A DNA stretch of 64,000 bases, taken from positions 32,001 to 96,000 of IMG/VR virus record IMGVR_UViG_3300037452_000118; one strand, given 5' to 3'. This DNA comes from a virus. The translations under genes were made by a program, and so were the position numbers. This document shows, piece by piece, positions 44,031 through 53,995 of the stretch. Within the stretch, counting starts at the first letter, position 1, and every line of letters starts with the position of its first letter. The notes below the pieces were generated by a model. It was not told where the DNA came from. It made no database searches and worked only from the letters and a program-made list of their open reading frames with translations.

Positions 44031-45004
44031 GCGGTTCTGGTGGATTCCAGCAGCAGGCGTTCCCCCAACCTTCTATGGCGGTGGCGGGCGACTTCGCCAG
44101 CCAGAACCCGTACTTCACCTACGACGCCGGCCCCGGCGGCCTCGTCGCCGGCGTCGGCGGCCTGACGGTCGGGCGCTTCGCCTGGGCCTACCCGCCGTCG
44201 GACCCCGACGGCACGCCGACGATCGCGCTGAACTCCGGCAGCGGCCCGGTCTCCGGCTTCGTCCACCGCGAGCAGCAGGCGCTCATCACGCCCTACCTCG
44301 CCGTCGCCTCGCAGGTCGTCCCGGTGGGCTACGAGGCCACGCTGTGCACCGGCGGCGACTTCTGGGTGGTCAACGACGGCACCTCGCAGGCGCTCCCGCA
44401 GAGCCCCGGCCAGGCGGCGATGAAGGCCTACGCCAACCTCGCCACCGGCAAGGTCAGTTTCGCGCTGACCGGCGCGCCGACGAACGCGGCGACCTCGACG
44501 GCGTCCTCGATCGCCGCGGCGTCCTCGACGTTCACCGGCTCGATCACCGGCAACGTGCTGACGGTCACCACGGCGCCGACGACGACGCTCCAGCCCGGCG
44601 CGACGATCACCGGCACCGCGGGCACCATCCCGGCGACGACGCAGATCGTCTCGCAGCTCAGCGGCTCCGTCGGCGGCATCGGCACCTACCTTCTCAACAA
44701 CCCGGAGGGCAACTACGCCTCCGGGCCGCTCACGGCGACGTGGGGCATCCTCACCGTCGGCGGCTCCGTCACCGGCACCTTCGCGGTGGGCGAGACGCTG
44801 TCCGGCACCGGCGTGGCGGCGAACACCAACATCACGGCGCTCGGCACCGGCACCGGCGGCGCCGGCACCTACTACGTCAACAACAACGCCGTGGTGGGGT
44901 CGTCCACGATCAACGTCGTCGGCAACGTCGAGACGAAGTGGATCGCGATGTCGAGCGGCCTGCCCGGCGAGCTCGTCAAGATCAGCGATCACGCCCTCGG
45001 GTAA
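44027..45004 (+). CDS. Head decoration/cement-like structural protein
   Basis: AVAGDFASQNP..GFVHREQQALIT..GDFWV; upstream of the capsid gene. Confidence 0.75.
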   Translation: MSGSGGFQQQAFPQPSMAVAGDFASQNPYFTYDAGPGGLVAGVGGLTVGRFAWAYPPSDPDGTPTIALNSGSGPVSGFVHREQQALITPYLAVASQVVPVGYEATLCTGGDFWVVNDGTSQALPQSPGQAAMKAYANLATGKVSFALTGAPTNAATSTASSIAAASSTFTGSITGNVLTVTTAPTTTLQPGATITGTAGTIPATTQIVSQLSGSVGGIGTYLLNNPEGNYASGPLTATWGILTVGGSVTGTFAVGETLSGTGVAANTNITALGTGTGGAGTYYVNNNAVVGSSTINVVGNVETKWIAMSSGLPGELVKISDHALG

Positions 45005-45046
45005 CAGAGCTGATTTGACCCTGGGATCAAAATAGGAGCAACGGCG

Positions 45047-46141
45047 ATGAATTTGCAGGAAGCCCGGACGAAGTTCCAAGAGCACAAGCCGATGCTCGAG
45101 GAGCGGGGCGTCTTCCTCCCCGGCGTCACGATGTACCTGCCGGACGAGTGGAAGAAGGACTGGCGGCTCGCGATGGACGCGCAGCCGACGCTGTCCACGG
45201 ACCCCAGCTCGGGCATCCCGTCGCTGCTGACGACGGTCATCGACCCGAAGGTCATCCGCATCGTCTTCACGCCGCTGAACTTCGCCAAGATCCTCGGCGA
45301 GCAGAAGGCCGGCGACTGGCTCGAGGAGACCCGCATCTTCCCGGTCATCGAGGAGACCGGCGAGGTGTCGAGCTACGGCGACTTCAACAACAACGGCCGC
45401 GCCGGCGTCAACCTGAACTTCCCGAACTTCCAGGCCTACCTCTTCCAGACCTTCGTCCGCTACGGCGAGCGCGAGCTGGAGAGGGCCGGGCTGGCGAAGA
45501 TCAACTACGTCTCCGAGCTCAACGTCTCGGCGTCGGACCTGCTGAACCGGTACCAGAACCTCAGCTACGCCTTCGGCATCAACGGGCTGCAGAGCTACGG
45601 CATCATCAACAACCCGTTCCTGTCGGCCTACATCACCCCGGCCACCAAGGCGAACGGCGGCACGGCGTGGTTCACCGCGGGCGGCGCGCCGAACGCCACG
45701 GCGAACGAGGTCTACAACGACGTCGTCGCGCTGTTCAACAAGCTGATCTCGCTGACCAACGGCACGGTCGAGCTCGACGCCAAGTGCACGCTCGTGATGG
45801 CGCCGATCTCGGCGCTGGCGCTGCGCTTCGCCAACACCTTCGGCGTCTACGTGAAGGACCTCCTCAAGGAGGGCTTCCCGAACATGGAGGTCATGACGGC
45901 GCCGCAGTACGGCCAGAACACCTCGACCAACCCGCAGGGCTACTCCGCGGCCGGCAACGCGATGCAGCTGATCGTCAAGGACATCGCCGGCCAGGAGGTA
46001 GCCTACGCGGCCTTCAACGAGAAGCTCCGCGCCCACAAGATCATCCCGGAGCCGTCCGCCTGGCAGCAGAAGATGACGTCCGGCACCTGGGGGACCATCA
46101 CCAGGATCCCGATGGGCGTCGTCGGGATGCTCGGCATCTGA
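45047..46141 (+). CDS. Major capsid protein (DUF2184-like)
   Basis: AMDAQP, GEQKAGDW, SSYGDFNNNG, YGERELE, KMTSGTWG; strong codon bias. Confidence 0.9.
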   Translation: MNLQEARTKFQEHKPMLEERGVFLPGVTMYLPDEWKKDWRLAMDAQPTLSTDPSSGIPSLLTTVIDPKVIRIVFTPLNFAKILGEQKAGDWLEETRIFPVIEETGEVSSYGDFNNNGRAGVNLNFPNFQAYLFQTFVRYGERELERAGLAKINYVSELNVSASDLLNRYQNLSYAFGINGLQSYGIINNPFLSAYITPATKANGGTAWFTAGGAPNATANEVYNDVVALFNKLISLTNGTVELDAKCTLVMAPISALALRFANTFGVYVKDLLKEGFPNMEVMTAPQYGQNTSTNPQGYSAAGNAMQLIVKDIAGQEVAYAAFNEKLRAHKIIPEPSAWQQKMTSGTWGTITRIPMGVVGMLGI

Positions 46142-46169
46142 TCTTTTCGACCCGGCCTGCCTGGCTGAG

Positions 46170-46198
46170 GCCGCCCCTGCGAATCGGGGGCGGCTTTT
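46170..46198 (+). terminator. Intrinsic terminator after the capsid gene
   Basis: GCCGCCCC..GGGGCGGC followed by TTTT. Confidence 0.7.
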
Positions 46199-46275
46199 CC
46201 GTTCGCTGGTGACAAAGCCCGCGCGACGGAGTATGGGTGAACCCCAGTGGAAACCCGCGATCCGGAGAATCACCG

Positions 46276-46848
46276 ATGGCGACGCCGAAGAGGAAGCAGC
46301 CGACCCCCGCCGCGAAGTCGGTCATCGACGCCCCCCACGTACCGCCGGCCGCGCGGCCGACCCGCTCCTACGCCGGCGGCAAGGTGACGGTCTGCAGCAA
46401 GCTCCCCTTCGCGCTGGAGCTCCAGCTCTGCGAGCCGACGCAGGTCCAGATGCGCTACAAGCAAGAGGCTTGGTTCGAGCAGGTCTTCGCCAAGACCGGA
46501 CCCGTCGTCGTGATCCAGGGCACCAACTACCCGATCGGCGCGCCGCCGGAGGGCGTTGTGTGGCCGGAGCGGCCGACGATGGCCGGCGGCTACGCGCTGA
46601 CGTTCGGCGTCGACGCCGACTTCTTCGAGGTTTGGCTGGAGCAGAACAAGACGACCGACATGGTCAAGAACAAGATGATCTTCGCCCAGGAGAAGGTCGA
46701 TGACGCCAAGGCCGAGGCGGTCGAGAACAAGTCGCGCGACAGCGGCTTCGGCCCGCTGCGGCCGGACAATGACAAGCGGATGCCGAAGAAGACCCGCGTC
46801 AACCCGATGAGCCGGCCGGCGGAAGACGCGCTGCTCGCCGACGCCTGA
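46276..46848 (+). CDS. Phage head-associated hypothetical protein
   Basis: VTVCSKLP..GGYALTFGVDADFFEVWLEQNK. Confidence 0.7.
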   Translation: MATPKRKQPTPAAKSVIDAPHVPPAARPTRSYAGGKVTVCSKLPFALELQLCEPTQVQMRYKQEAWFEQVFAKTGPVVVIQGTNYPIGAPPEGVVWPERPTMAGGYALTFGVDADFFEVWLEQNKTTDMVKNKMIFAQEKVDDAKAEAVENKSRDSGFGPLRPDNDKRMPKKTRVNPMSRPAEDALLADA

Positions 46849-46861
46849 CGGGAGGGGCCAG

Positions 46862-47356
46862 ATGGGTCCCCCGGCCGCGCCGACGGTCACCTTCGACCCC
46901 GCGGCCTTCATCGCCGCTTTCCCGGACTTCGCCGGCTGCTCCGCGCCGCAGCTGCAGGGCTACTTCAACCGGGCGACGCTGCTGTTCGCCAACGCCGGCT
47001 GGACCGGGGCGCTGCCGCAGGCGGCGACGCTCCTCGACCTCCTCACCGCCCACATCGCCTGGCTCAACGCGCCGCGCGACGCCAACGACAACCCGTCCTC
47101 GCAGGGCCAGCCGGCGTCCCCGCTGGTCGGCCGCGTCACCAACGCCAGCGAGGGCTCCGTCTCCGTGCAGGTCGACATGGGCGAGGCCGACGCCGGCAGC
47201 CCGTCGCAGGCATATTTTATGCAGACCAAGTGGGGGGCGGAATTTTGGGCCGCGACCGCCCAATTCCGCACCGCGTTCCCGGTCATCAGGCCCCGCGTCG
47301 CGCCCGGGCTCGCCGGCAGCTACCCGTTCTTCCCGCGCGGCAGGCGCATCTACTGA
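46862..47356 (+). CDS. Head-tail adaptor (DUF4054-like)
   Basis: FDPAAF..LLTAHIA..VGRVTNASEGSVSV..QTKWG. Confidence 0.85.
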   Translation: MGPPAAPTVTFDPAAFIAAFPDFAGCSAPQLQGYFNRATLLFANAGWTGALPQAATLLDLLTAHIAWLNAPRDANDNPSSQGQPASPLVGRVTNASEGSVSVQVDMGEADAGSPSQAYFMQTKWGAEFWAATAQFRTAFPVIRPRVAPGLAGSYPFFPRGRRIY

Positions 47357-47370
47357 GGGAGGCCGTGGCG

Positions 47371-47568
47371 ATGGCCGAGGCCATGAAGAGTCACCGCTTC
47401 GTGTGCGCGGCCTGCCGCGCCGAGACCGTCGTCAAGAACTCCCTCTACGCGGCGGCGAACGTCGCGGTCGGGGCGCTGGGATGGGGGATCGGGCGCCACC
47501 CGAAGCAGCCCGGCGACTTCTGCCTGCAGTGCCCGAAGTGCTTGGCGCCCGCCGCAGAGGCGGCCTGA
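47371..47568 (+). CDS. Small Zn-finger protein
   Basis: CAAC...CPKC; SD GGAGG. Confidence 0.55.
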   Translation: MAEAMKSHRFVCAACRAETVVKNSLYAAANVAVGALGWGIGRHPKQPGDFCLQCPKCLAPAAEAA

Positions 47569-47605
47569 GATGGCGACGATCAGAAAGCCATGATAAACTC
47601 CGCAG

Positions 47606-48343
47606 ATGATCGCACTCCGCAATCGCGCTGGTATTTATCGGATCCGGATTGATCGTCCCGGATTGCCGCCGAAGTTCTACATCGGCCAAGCCGCCAAGTT
47701 TCGCGTTCGCAAAGCAACTCATTTTCGAGATTTGCGCAAAAATAAGCATTGCAACTCATTTTTGCAGAGAGCTTATTTGAAGTATGGCGAAAATGCTTTC
47801 AGTTTCGAAATTATAATAGTCTGTCCAAAAGACAAAGAAATGCTGAACTTCTATGAACAATTGATTTTGGATACTTATGATGGAGCGATTGTCTACAATA
47901 TTCTTCGAGAATGCGTATATTCCAATCTCGGTCGATCACAGTCGGCGATTACTCGTCAAAAAATTTCAACGAAACTTACAGGACTCAAACGAACAGAAGA
48001 ATATCGCGAAGAGTGCAGAAAGCGCCAGATTGAGCGTATGAGCGACCAATCGAAACGTGATGCTATAGCTGAAAAAGTCCGCAAGATTATGGAAGATCCA
48101 GAACGTAGAGAATCTGCGGCTCAATTGCTGCGTAGCATGCGATCATCGCCAGAGCATATGGATTTTATGAGGTCATTTCTTATTGGTCGCACGGTACCGC
48201 AGGAACAAATTGATCGGGCGCGGGAAACATTCAAGAAAAATTATATTCCAAGGCCGGGACGAAAACTATCCGCAGAAGAAATTGCTCGGCGACAGGCTAC
48301 ACGACTAGCTAATCGTCAAGCACAAGGGATTGACAGGTATTAA
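47606..48343 (+). CDS. GIY-YIG homing endonuclease
   Basis: GIYRI..FYIGQ..R..H..HCNSFLQRAY.KYG; low GC. Confidence 0.88.
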   Translation: MIALRNRAGIYRIRIDRPGLPPKFYIGQAAKFRVRKATHFRDLRKNKHCNSFLQRAYLKYGENAFSFEIIIVCPKDKEMLNFYEQLILDTYDGAIVYNILRECVYSNLGRSQSAITRQKISTKLTGLKRTEEYREECRKRQIERMSDQSKRDAIAEKVRKIMEDPERRESAAQLLRSMRSSPEHMDFMRSFLIGRTVPQEQIDRARETFKKNYIPRPGRKLSAEEIARRQATRLANRQAQGIDRY

Positions 48344-48345
48344 AG

Positions 48346-48795
48346 ATGGCTAAAATTGTAGGAGGGCAAAAATTGGCCGCGGCGCTGGCCAAAATCTCGA
48401 AGGGCGTGAGCCAGCCGGCGGTGCTCCGGGTCGGATTTTTGGCCGGCGGAACTTATCCTGACGGCACTTCGATCCCGCTTGTCGCCGCTGTCAACGAATT
48501 TGGTGCGCCGTCGCGCGGGCAGCCACCTCGGCCGGCGTTCCGCAATATGGTTGCGGCCAAAAAGGGGGAATGGCCATCGGCTATTGCCGGCCTTTTGAAA
48601 GCCAATGATTACGATGCTGTAAAGACGCTGCAACAGGCTGGCGAGGCCATTGCCGGGCAGCTCAAGCAGTCTATTATACAGATTACCTCTCCTCCTCTGA
48701 AACCGAGTACGATCAAGAGGAAAGGGTTCGACAAGCCTTGGATAGAGACGGGGCACCTCCTTAACTCCGTCGCGTATGAGGTCAAGACAAAATGA
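48346..48795 (+). CDS. Neck/tail-completion protein
   Basis: LRVGFL..YPDG..NEFG..PPRPAFR..KPWIETGHLLNSV. Confidence 0.8.
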   Translation: MAKIVGGQKLAAALAKISKGVSQPAVLRVGFLAGGTYPDGTSIPLVAAVNEFGAPSRGQPPRPAFRNMVAAKKGEWPSAIAGLLKANDYDAVKTLQQAGEAIAGQLKQSIIQITSPPLKPSTIKRKGFDKPWIETGHLLNSVAYEVKTK

Positions 48796-49481
48796 CATTT
48801 ATTGATCTGACCGGGAAAAAATTTGGTCGCTTGACAGCTATCCGCCGCGTTGAGAATCGAGGTCATCGTCGCCCGCGCCCTCATTGGCTTTTCAGATGCG
48901 ATTGCGGAAATGAGGTAATCCGATCTGCTGAACGCGTCAGAGAAGGGCGCACAAGATCGTGCGGATGCGCGTGGGTAACGCCTCATAAGCATGGTCATAG
49001 TTATGATGAGAATGGCCAACAATCTCGCACCTATAGAGCTTGGGCCAATATGAAAACCCGCGTTAGACCCGGCAAAGAATGGAGTCGATATTACGCTGAC
49101 AAGGGGATTACGGTTTGTGAACGATGGGAAAAAGATTTTCGGGATTTTTTAGCCGACATGGGTGAATGCCCGCCAGGCATGACCCTTGATCGTATTAACA
49201 ACGATGGCAATTATGAGCCTGGAAATTGTCGTTGGGCGACTACTGCTGAACAGAACAGAAATCAAAGTCGCACAAAATTAGTGCCAATGAAGGACGATGA
49301 GATTTGTTTAATGGACGCCTGCATTCGGGCCGGTATAAATTATACGACCGTTCGGAGCCGCATAAATAATGGAATGAGTATAGAAGAGGCGCTGTCAATG
49401 GCGCCTCTTAAACGGACTCGACGCAAACTGTCGCTTGATGTGATGGTTTTAGAACGCGGTTCCGAATGGATGATGTATTGA
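48792..49481 (+). CDS. HNH-type homing endonuclease
   Basis: IDLTGKKFGRLT, CDCG, SCGC, TLDRINNDGNYEPGNCRWAT; low GC. Confidence 0.85.
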   Translation: MTFIDLTGKKFGRLTAIRRVENRGHRRPRPHWLFRCDCGNEVIRSAERVREGRTRSCGCAWVTPHKHGHSYDENGQQSRTYRAWANMKTRVRPGKEWSRYYADKGITVCERWEKDFRDFLADMGECPPGMTLDRINNDGNYEPGNCRWATTAEQNRNQSRTKLVPMKDDEICLMDACIRAGINYTTVRSRINNGMSIEEALSMAPLKRTRRKLSLDVMVLERGSEWMMY

Positions 49482-49506
49482 TCTTGGTCGACCGCAGGAG
49501 GCGGAA

Positions 49507-50097
49507 ATCAATCTTCACTCGATCGTAGCCGGCGCCGTAGGCGCCATCAACCCGCGCATCTACGTCGCGGTCCGGGTCAGCGTCGGCCAGACGACGGCCG
49601 CCGACGGCACGCCGCGGCCGGCCTACGCGACGCCGGGGTCGTTCGTCGGGAGCATCGCTGGCAACACGCTCACCGTCTCCTCCGTCGCCTCCGGGGTTCT
49701 CCAGCCTGGCCAAGCCATCTTCGACGGCTCCGGCGCGGTGCTCCCGGGGACGACGATCGTCGGCGTCGGGAGCGGCGGCGGTCCAGGCACCTACGAGGTC
49801 AGCGAGGAGCAGAACGTCCCGTCGACCGCGATGCAGTCGTCGCTGACGCTGCTCGCCCAGGCGCAGGCGCTGAGCACCCGCGACCTCCGCCAGATCGAGA
49901 TGCTGAACCTCCAGGGCACGCTCAAGGCGTTCTACGTCAACGGCGCGCTCGACGGCGGCGTGCGGGTTCAGCTCAAGGGCGGCGACCTGCTCACGCTCCA
50001 GGACGGCAGCGTCTGGCTGGTCACTATCGTGCCGGAACCGTGGGTGATCACCGCAGGCTGGACGAAATTGATCGCCACGCTCCAGACCGGGGCATAG
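49507..50097 (+). CDS. Head-closure-like structural protein; apparent ATC start
   Basis: Frame is open from 49474; SD GGAGG 5 nt before ATC-AAT-CTT-CAC (xNLHSIVAGAVGAINP); first standard start codon only at 49738. Confidence 0.7.
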   Translation: MNLHSIVAGAVGAINPRIYVAVRVSVGQTTAADGTPRPAYATPGSFVGSIAGNTLTVSSVASGVLQPGQAIFDGSGAVLPGTTIVGVGSGGGPGTYEVSEEQNVPSTAMQSSLTLLAQAQALSTRDLRQIEMLNLQGTLKAFYVNGALDGGVRVQLKGGDLLTLQDGSVWLVTIVPEPWVITAGWTKLIATLQTGA

Positions 50098-50161
50098 TGC
50101 GCGTCACGGCGCGATGTAGTAATGATTCCGGCCGTCGACATTTTCGGAAGGGATCGCGCAA

Positions 50162-50545
50162 ATGAAGAAGCTCTCGCTCGCGGTGGCCGCAGTGCTGCCG
50201 CTGCTCTGCTCTGCGGCGGGGTCGCAGACGCCGATGGTCGGCGTCCCGTGGGTGCCGCTGGGCTTCTGCCAGCTCTCGCCGACCGCGGCGACGAAGCTGT
50301 CGGCCTGCAGCATCAACAACGTCGTCGGCATCCCGGCCGGGGCGAACCTAGTCGTGGTCAGGGCGGAGGGCCAGACCGTGCGCTACCGCGACGACGGCAT
50401 CGCGCCGAGCTCCGGCTCCGGGCAGCCGATCCTGACCACCGACCCGCCGTTCGTCTACGAGGGCAACCTGGCGGCGCTCCAGTTCATCCAGGCCAGCAGC
50501 TCGGCGACGCTCGACGCGACGTTCTACAAGATCCCGGCGCAGTGA
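50162..50545 (+). CDS. Hypothetical protein with signal peptide
   Basis: MKKLSLAVAAVLPLLCSAA; VRYRDDGIAP. Confidence 0.7.
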   Translation: MKKLSLAVAAVLPLLCSAAGSQTPMVGVPWVPLGFCQLSPTAATKLSACSINNVVGIPAGANLVVVRAEGQTVRYRDDGIAPSSGSGQPILTTDPPFVYEGNLAALQFIQASSSATLDATFYKIPAQ

Positions 50546-51523
50546 ATGGTCGCGATCTCCCCGACGCAGTCGAACGTCCAGCAGGCGCTCATCGCCTTCC
50601 TGGGCGCGGTGCTGCCCGGCCTCCCCGGCCAGCCGCCCGCGGTGTTCGTCGGCTCGATCGCGGGGAACGTCCTCACCGTGGCGCCGCTGCCGGGGAAGGT
50701 GCCGGTCGGCATCCAGGGGACTGTCCAGGTCAACGCGCCGCTGCTCGGGCTCGGCGTCGCGCCCGGAACGACGATCTCGGCGCAGCTCACCGGGGCCGGG
50801 GGCGTCGGCACCTACCAGGTCTCGATCTCCCAGACCGTCGACGCGGCCACGATGTCCACCGGGGTCTCCGCGGTGCCCGGCCAAGTCAACCGGGTGCCGG
50901 AGCCCGTAAACCCGTTTTTCGCGATCGCCACGCCGATCAGGATCGAACGGCTGCGGACCAACGTCGACGCCTCGGCGGACGTCAAGCTGGTGGGGTCGAT
51001 CGCGGGCGGCGTGCTGTCGGTCTCGCAGGTCGTCTCCGGCCAAGTCCAGGCCGGCGCCGCGCTCTTCGGCACCGGCGTGGTGCCGAACACCGCGGTGACC
51101 GGGCTCATCTCGGGCGTCGGCGGCACCGGAACCTACGCGGTCTCGCCCTCGCAGAGCGCGGCGGCGCAGACGATGTCGGCGGGGGCCAAGACGCTGACGC
51201 AGTCGGCGGAGATCACGGTCCAGGTGGATTTTCATTCAAGCGACACGATGGCCGGGGACTTCGCGCAGACCGTCTCGACGTGCCTGCGCGACGAGTTCGG
51301 GGTCAACTTCTTCGCCGGGCTGGCGCCCCCGCTGAACGGGGTCGTGCCGCTCTACGCCGACGACCCCCGGCAGGCCCCCTTCGTTAACGCCGAAGGGCAA
51401 TATGAATATCGGTGGACGCTCGACGTCTGCCTCCAGATTTACCAAACGGTGCAGGTCCCATCACAGTACGCCGACTCCGCGACCGTCGCGGTGGAAGACG
51501 TCAACGCGCTTTACCCGCCCTAG
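50546..51523 (+). CDS. Neck/tail terminator protein with two inserted beta-rich repeats
   Basis: GQVNRVPEP, VQVDFH, PLYADDPRQAPF..QYEYRW. Confidence 0.8.
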   Translation: MVAISPTQSNVQQALIAFLGAVLPGLPGQPPAVFVGSIAGNVLTVAPLPGKVPVGIQGTVQVNAPLLGLGVAPGTTISAQLTGAGGVGTYQVSISQTVDAATMSTGVSAVPGQVNRVPEPVNPFFAIATPIRIERLRTNVDASADVKLVGSIAGGVLSVSQVVSGQVQAGAALFGTGVVPNTAVTGLISGVGGTGTYAVSPSQSAAAQTMSAGAKTLTQSAEITVQVDFHSSDTMAGDFAQTVSTCLRDEFGVNFFAGLAPPLNGVVPLYADDPRQAPFVNAEGQYEYRWTLDVCLQIYQTVQVPSQYADSATVAVEDVNALYPP

Positions 51524-51603
51524 CATTTGTCGTGCGCCCCGCGCCGTGTTAATTGGTGCGCGGTGCGGTGCGCCGACTCAGGGGCGCCAAGGGAGACTTC
51601 GCG

Positions 51604-53553
51604 ATGTCAACGATCCCGGCAAGCACGATCGTCAGCGTCGTCCCGAGCGTGCTCGCCGCCGGCGGCACCGGCCTGACCGGCACCGGCCTGATGCTCACCC
51701 GCAACACGCGGGTTCCGGTCGGCACCGTCGCGAACTTCGCCAACCAGGCCGCCGTTTCCGCCTTCTTCGGCGCCAGCGACGCGCTCACCGCCGAGGCCGG
51801 GATATACTTCGCCGGCTTCACCGGGGCGTCGATCCAGCCGTCGTCGCTCCTGATGGCGCAGTTTCCCGCGACAGCAGTCGCCGCCTACCTCCGCGGCGGC
51901 AACATCTCCGGCCTGTCGCTGCCCCAGCTCCAGGCCATCAACGGCACGCTGACCGCCGTATTTGAGGGCTACAGCCGCTCCGGCAACGTCAACCTGGCCG
52001 CGGCGACCAGCTTCTCCAACGCCGCCACGCTCATCCAGACCGCGCTGAACTCCGCGCTGCCGAGCGAGGCCAGCGTCACCGGTACGATCGCGGCGCAGAC
52101 CGCCAGCTTCGTCGGCTCCATCGCCGGCAACGTGCTGTCCGTGACGCAGGTCACCGCGGGGCCGATCGTGACCGGCGGCGCGCTCAGCGGCTCCAGCGTC
52201 GCGGCGAACACCACGGTCACCGGCCAGCTTACCGGTACGCCGGGCGGTATCGGAACGTACGCCGTCTCCGTCGCCCAGATCCTCGCCTCCGAGGCGCTCA
52301 CCGAAACCTACGGCCTGCTCAACGTGACCAACGTGGCCTCCGGCGCGCCCGCGATCGGGCAGGCGCTGTCCGGCACCGGGGTCGCCGCGAACACGTCGAT
52401 CGTCGCGCTGGGTACCGGCGTCGGCGGGACGGGGACGTACTACGTCAGCCCGTCGCAGTCCGCTGGCTCCGGGGCGATGACCGGCGCCGCGATCGCGCTC
52501 GCCGTCACCTACGACTCGGTCTCCGGGGCGCTCGTCGTCACCTCCGGCGTCAACGGTCCGGCCTCCACGGCCGCCTTCGCCACCGGCACCGCGGCGGCGC
52601 CGCTGCTGCTGACCTCCGCGACGGGGGCGGTACTGTCGCAGGGCGCGGCCCCGCAGACGCCGGCGGCCTTCATGACGGCGCTGATCGGGCAGAACGTGAA
52701 CTGGGTCAACTTCATGACCCACTTCGACCCCGACGGCGGCTCCGGCAACGCGGTCAAGCAGCAGTTCGCGGCGTGGAAGAACACCGCGCTGGGCGGCAAC
52801 CGCTTCGGCTACTTCTGCTGGGATCCCGACGCCAGCCCTGCGGCGTCGAACCCCGCCGCAGCGAGCCTCGGCCAGATCCTCAAGGCGAACAACGATTCCG
52901 GCACGCTGCTGATCTGGGAGGGCGGCGCCACCGTCGACACCGGGCTCTGCGCCTTCGCGCTCGGGCTCGCGGCGTCGATCAACTACCAGCAGACCAACGG
53001 CCGCACCGACTTCGCCTTCCGCCAGGGCGCCGGCGAGATCGCCAACGTGACCGATATCAACACGGCAACGAACCTGCTCGCCAACGGCTACTGCTTCTAC
53101 GGCGCCTACGGTGCCGCGAACGCCTCGTACGTCTGGTTCCAGAACGGCCAGATCACCGGCCCGTTCGCGTGGGCGGACAGCTACCAGACGCAGGTCTGGC
53201 TCAACAGTTTCTTCCAGACCCAGCTACTGGCGTTGTTCCAAAACTCGCTCTCGGTGCCGTTCACTCAAGCTGGCGTTTCGCTCATCCAACAAGCGTGTCA
53301 GACCGTCATCCAGCAAGGCCTCGCGTTCGGCGCCTTCGCTCCGAATACGCTGACTGCATCGCAAGTCGCGGAGGTCAACAACATGGCCGGCGCAAATATT
53401 GCCGGAACGCTGCAGGCTCAAGGTTATGCTTTGGTCATCAATATCCCCAGCCAGATAGTACAGGCGGCGCGCGGACCTTGGCCGATGCAGTTTTTTTACA
53501 TCGACCGCAATTCGGTGCACTCGCTCGACTTGTCCTCGGTCTTGGTGCAATAG
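51604..53553 (+). CDS. Tail sheath protein (DUF3383-like)
   Basis: IPASTIVSVVPSVL..AAYLRGG..NGYCFYGAY..WADSY. Confidence 0.88.
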   Translation: MSTIPASTIVSVVPSVLAAGGTGLTGTGLMLTRNTRVPVGTVANFANQAAVSAFFGASDALTAEAGIYFAGFTGASIQPSSLLMAQFPATAVAAYLRGGNISGLSLPQLQAINGTLTAVFEGYSRSGNVNLAAATSFSNAATLIQTALNSALPSEASVTGTIAAQTASFVGSIAGNVLSVTQVTAGPIVTGGALSGSSVAANTTVTGQLTGTPGGIGTYAVSVAQILASEALTETYGLLNVTNVASGAPAIGQALSGTGVAANTSIVALGTGVGGTGTYYVSPSQSAGSGAMTGAAIALAVTYDSVSGALVVTSGVNGPASTAAFATGTAAAPLLLTSATGAVLSQGAAPQTPAAFMTALIGQNVNWVNFMTHFDPDGGSGNAVKQQFAAWKNTALGGNRFGYFCWDPDASPAASNPAAASLGQILKANNDSGTLLIWEGGATVDTGLCAFALGLAASINYQQTNGRTDFAFRQGAGEIANVTDINTATNLLANGYCFYGAYGAANASYVWFQNGQITGPFAWADSYQTQVWLNSFFQTQLLALFQNSLSVPFTQAGVSLIQQACQTVIQQGLAFGAFAPNTLTASQVAEVNNMAGANIAGTLQAQGYALVINIPSQIVQAARGPWPMQFFYIDRNSVHSLDLSSVLVQ

Positions 53554-53565
53554 GAGCCCGCCGTT

Positions 53566-53994
53566 ATGCTCACAGCCGCCAACGCCGTCATTACATTCTC
53601 GCAGGCAACTTTGTTTCCAGTCCCGCAGCAGCTTCAGGGCTTCGCGGCGGACGACGTTACCGACATGGACAACGCGAAGGTCCTCGAGCACGTCATGGGG
53701 GTCGACGGCGTACTTTCTTTCGGCTTCGTCTACGTTGAGCGGATGCAGAACATAACTTTGCAGGCGGACTCGGCATCGAACTCGTTCTTCGACATCATCA
53801 ACGCCAGCCAAGAGGCGGCGCAGACCGCCTACCCGCTCACCGGGGTCATCATCCTCCCCGCCATCGGGCTGATGTTCAGCTGCATCAACGGCGGCCTTGA
53901 TACCTACAACCCGATGCCGCCGGTGCGTAAGATCATCCAACCGCGCAAGTTCCGCATCGTCTGGAACAAGGTCATCGCGGCGCCTGCGGCCTAG
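53566..53994 (+). CDS. Tail tube protein
   Basis: QLQGFAADD..MGVDGVLS..ITLQADSAS; follows the sheath. Confidence 0.8.
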   Translation: MLTAANAVITFSQATLFPVPQQLQGFAADDVTDMDNAKVLEHVMGVDGVLSFGFVYVERMQNITLQADSASNSFFDIINASQEAAQTAYPLTGVIILPAIGLMFSCINGGLDTYNPMPPVRKIIQPRKFRIVWNKVIAAPAA

Positions 53995-53995
53995 G

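Noticed and set aside
47570-49506. Group I introns housing the endonucleases
   Set aside because: The endonuclease ORFs fill nearly all the space between genes, leaving no room for a ribozyme core, and the flanking genes appear intact.
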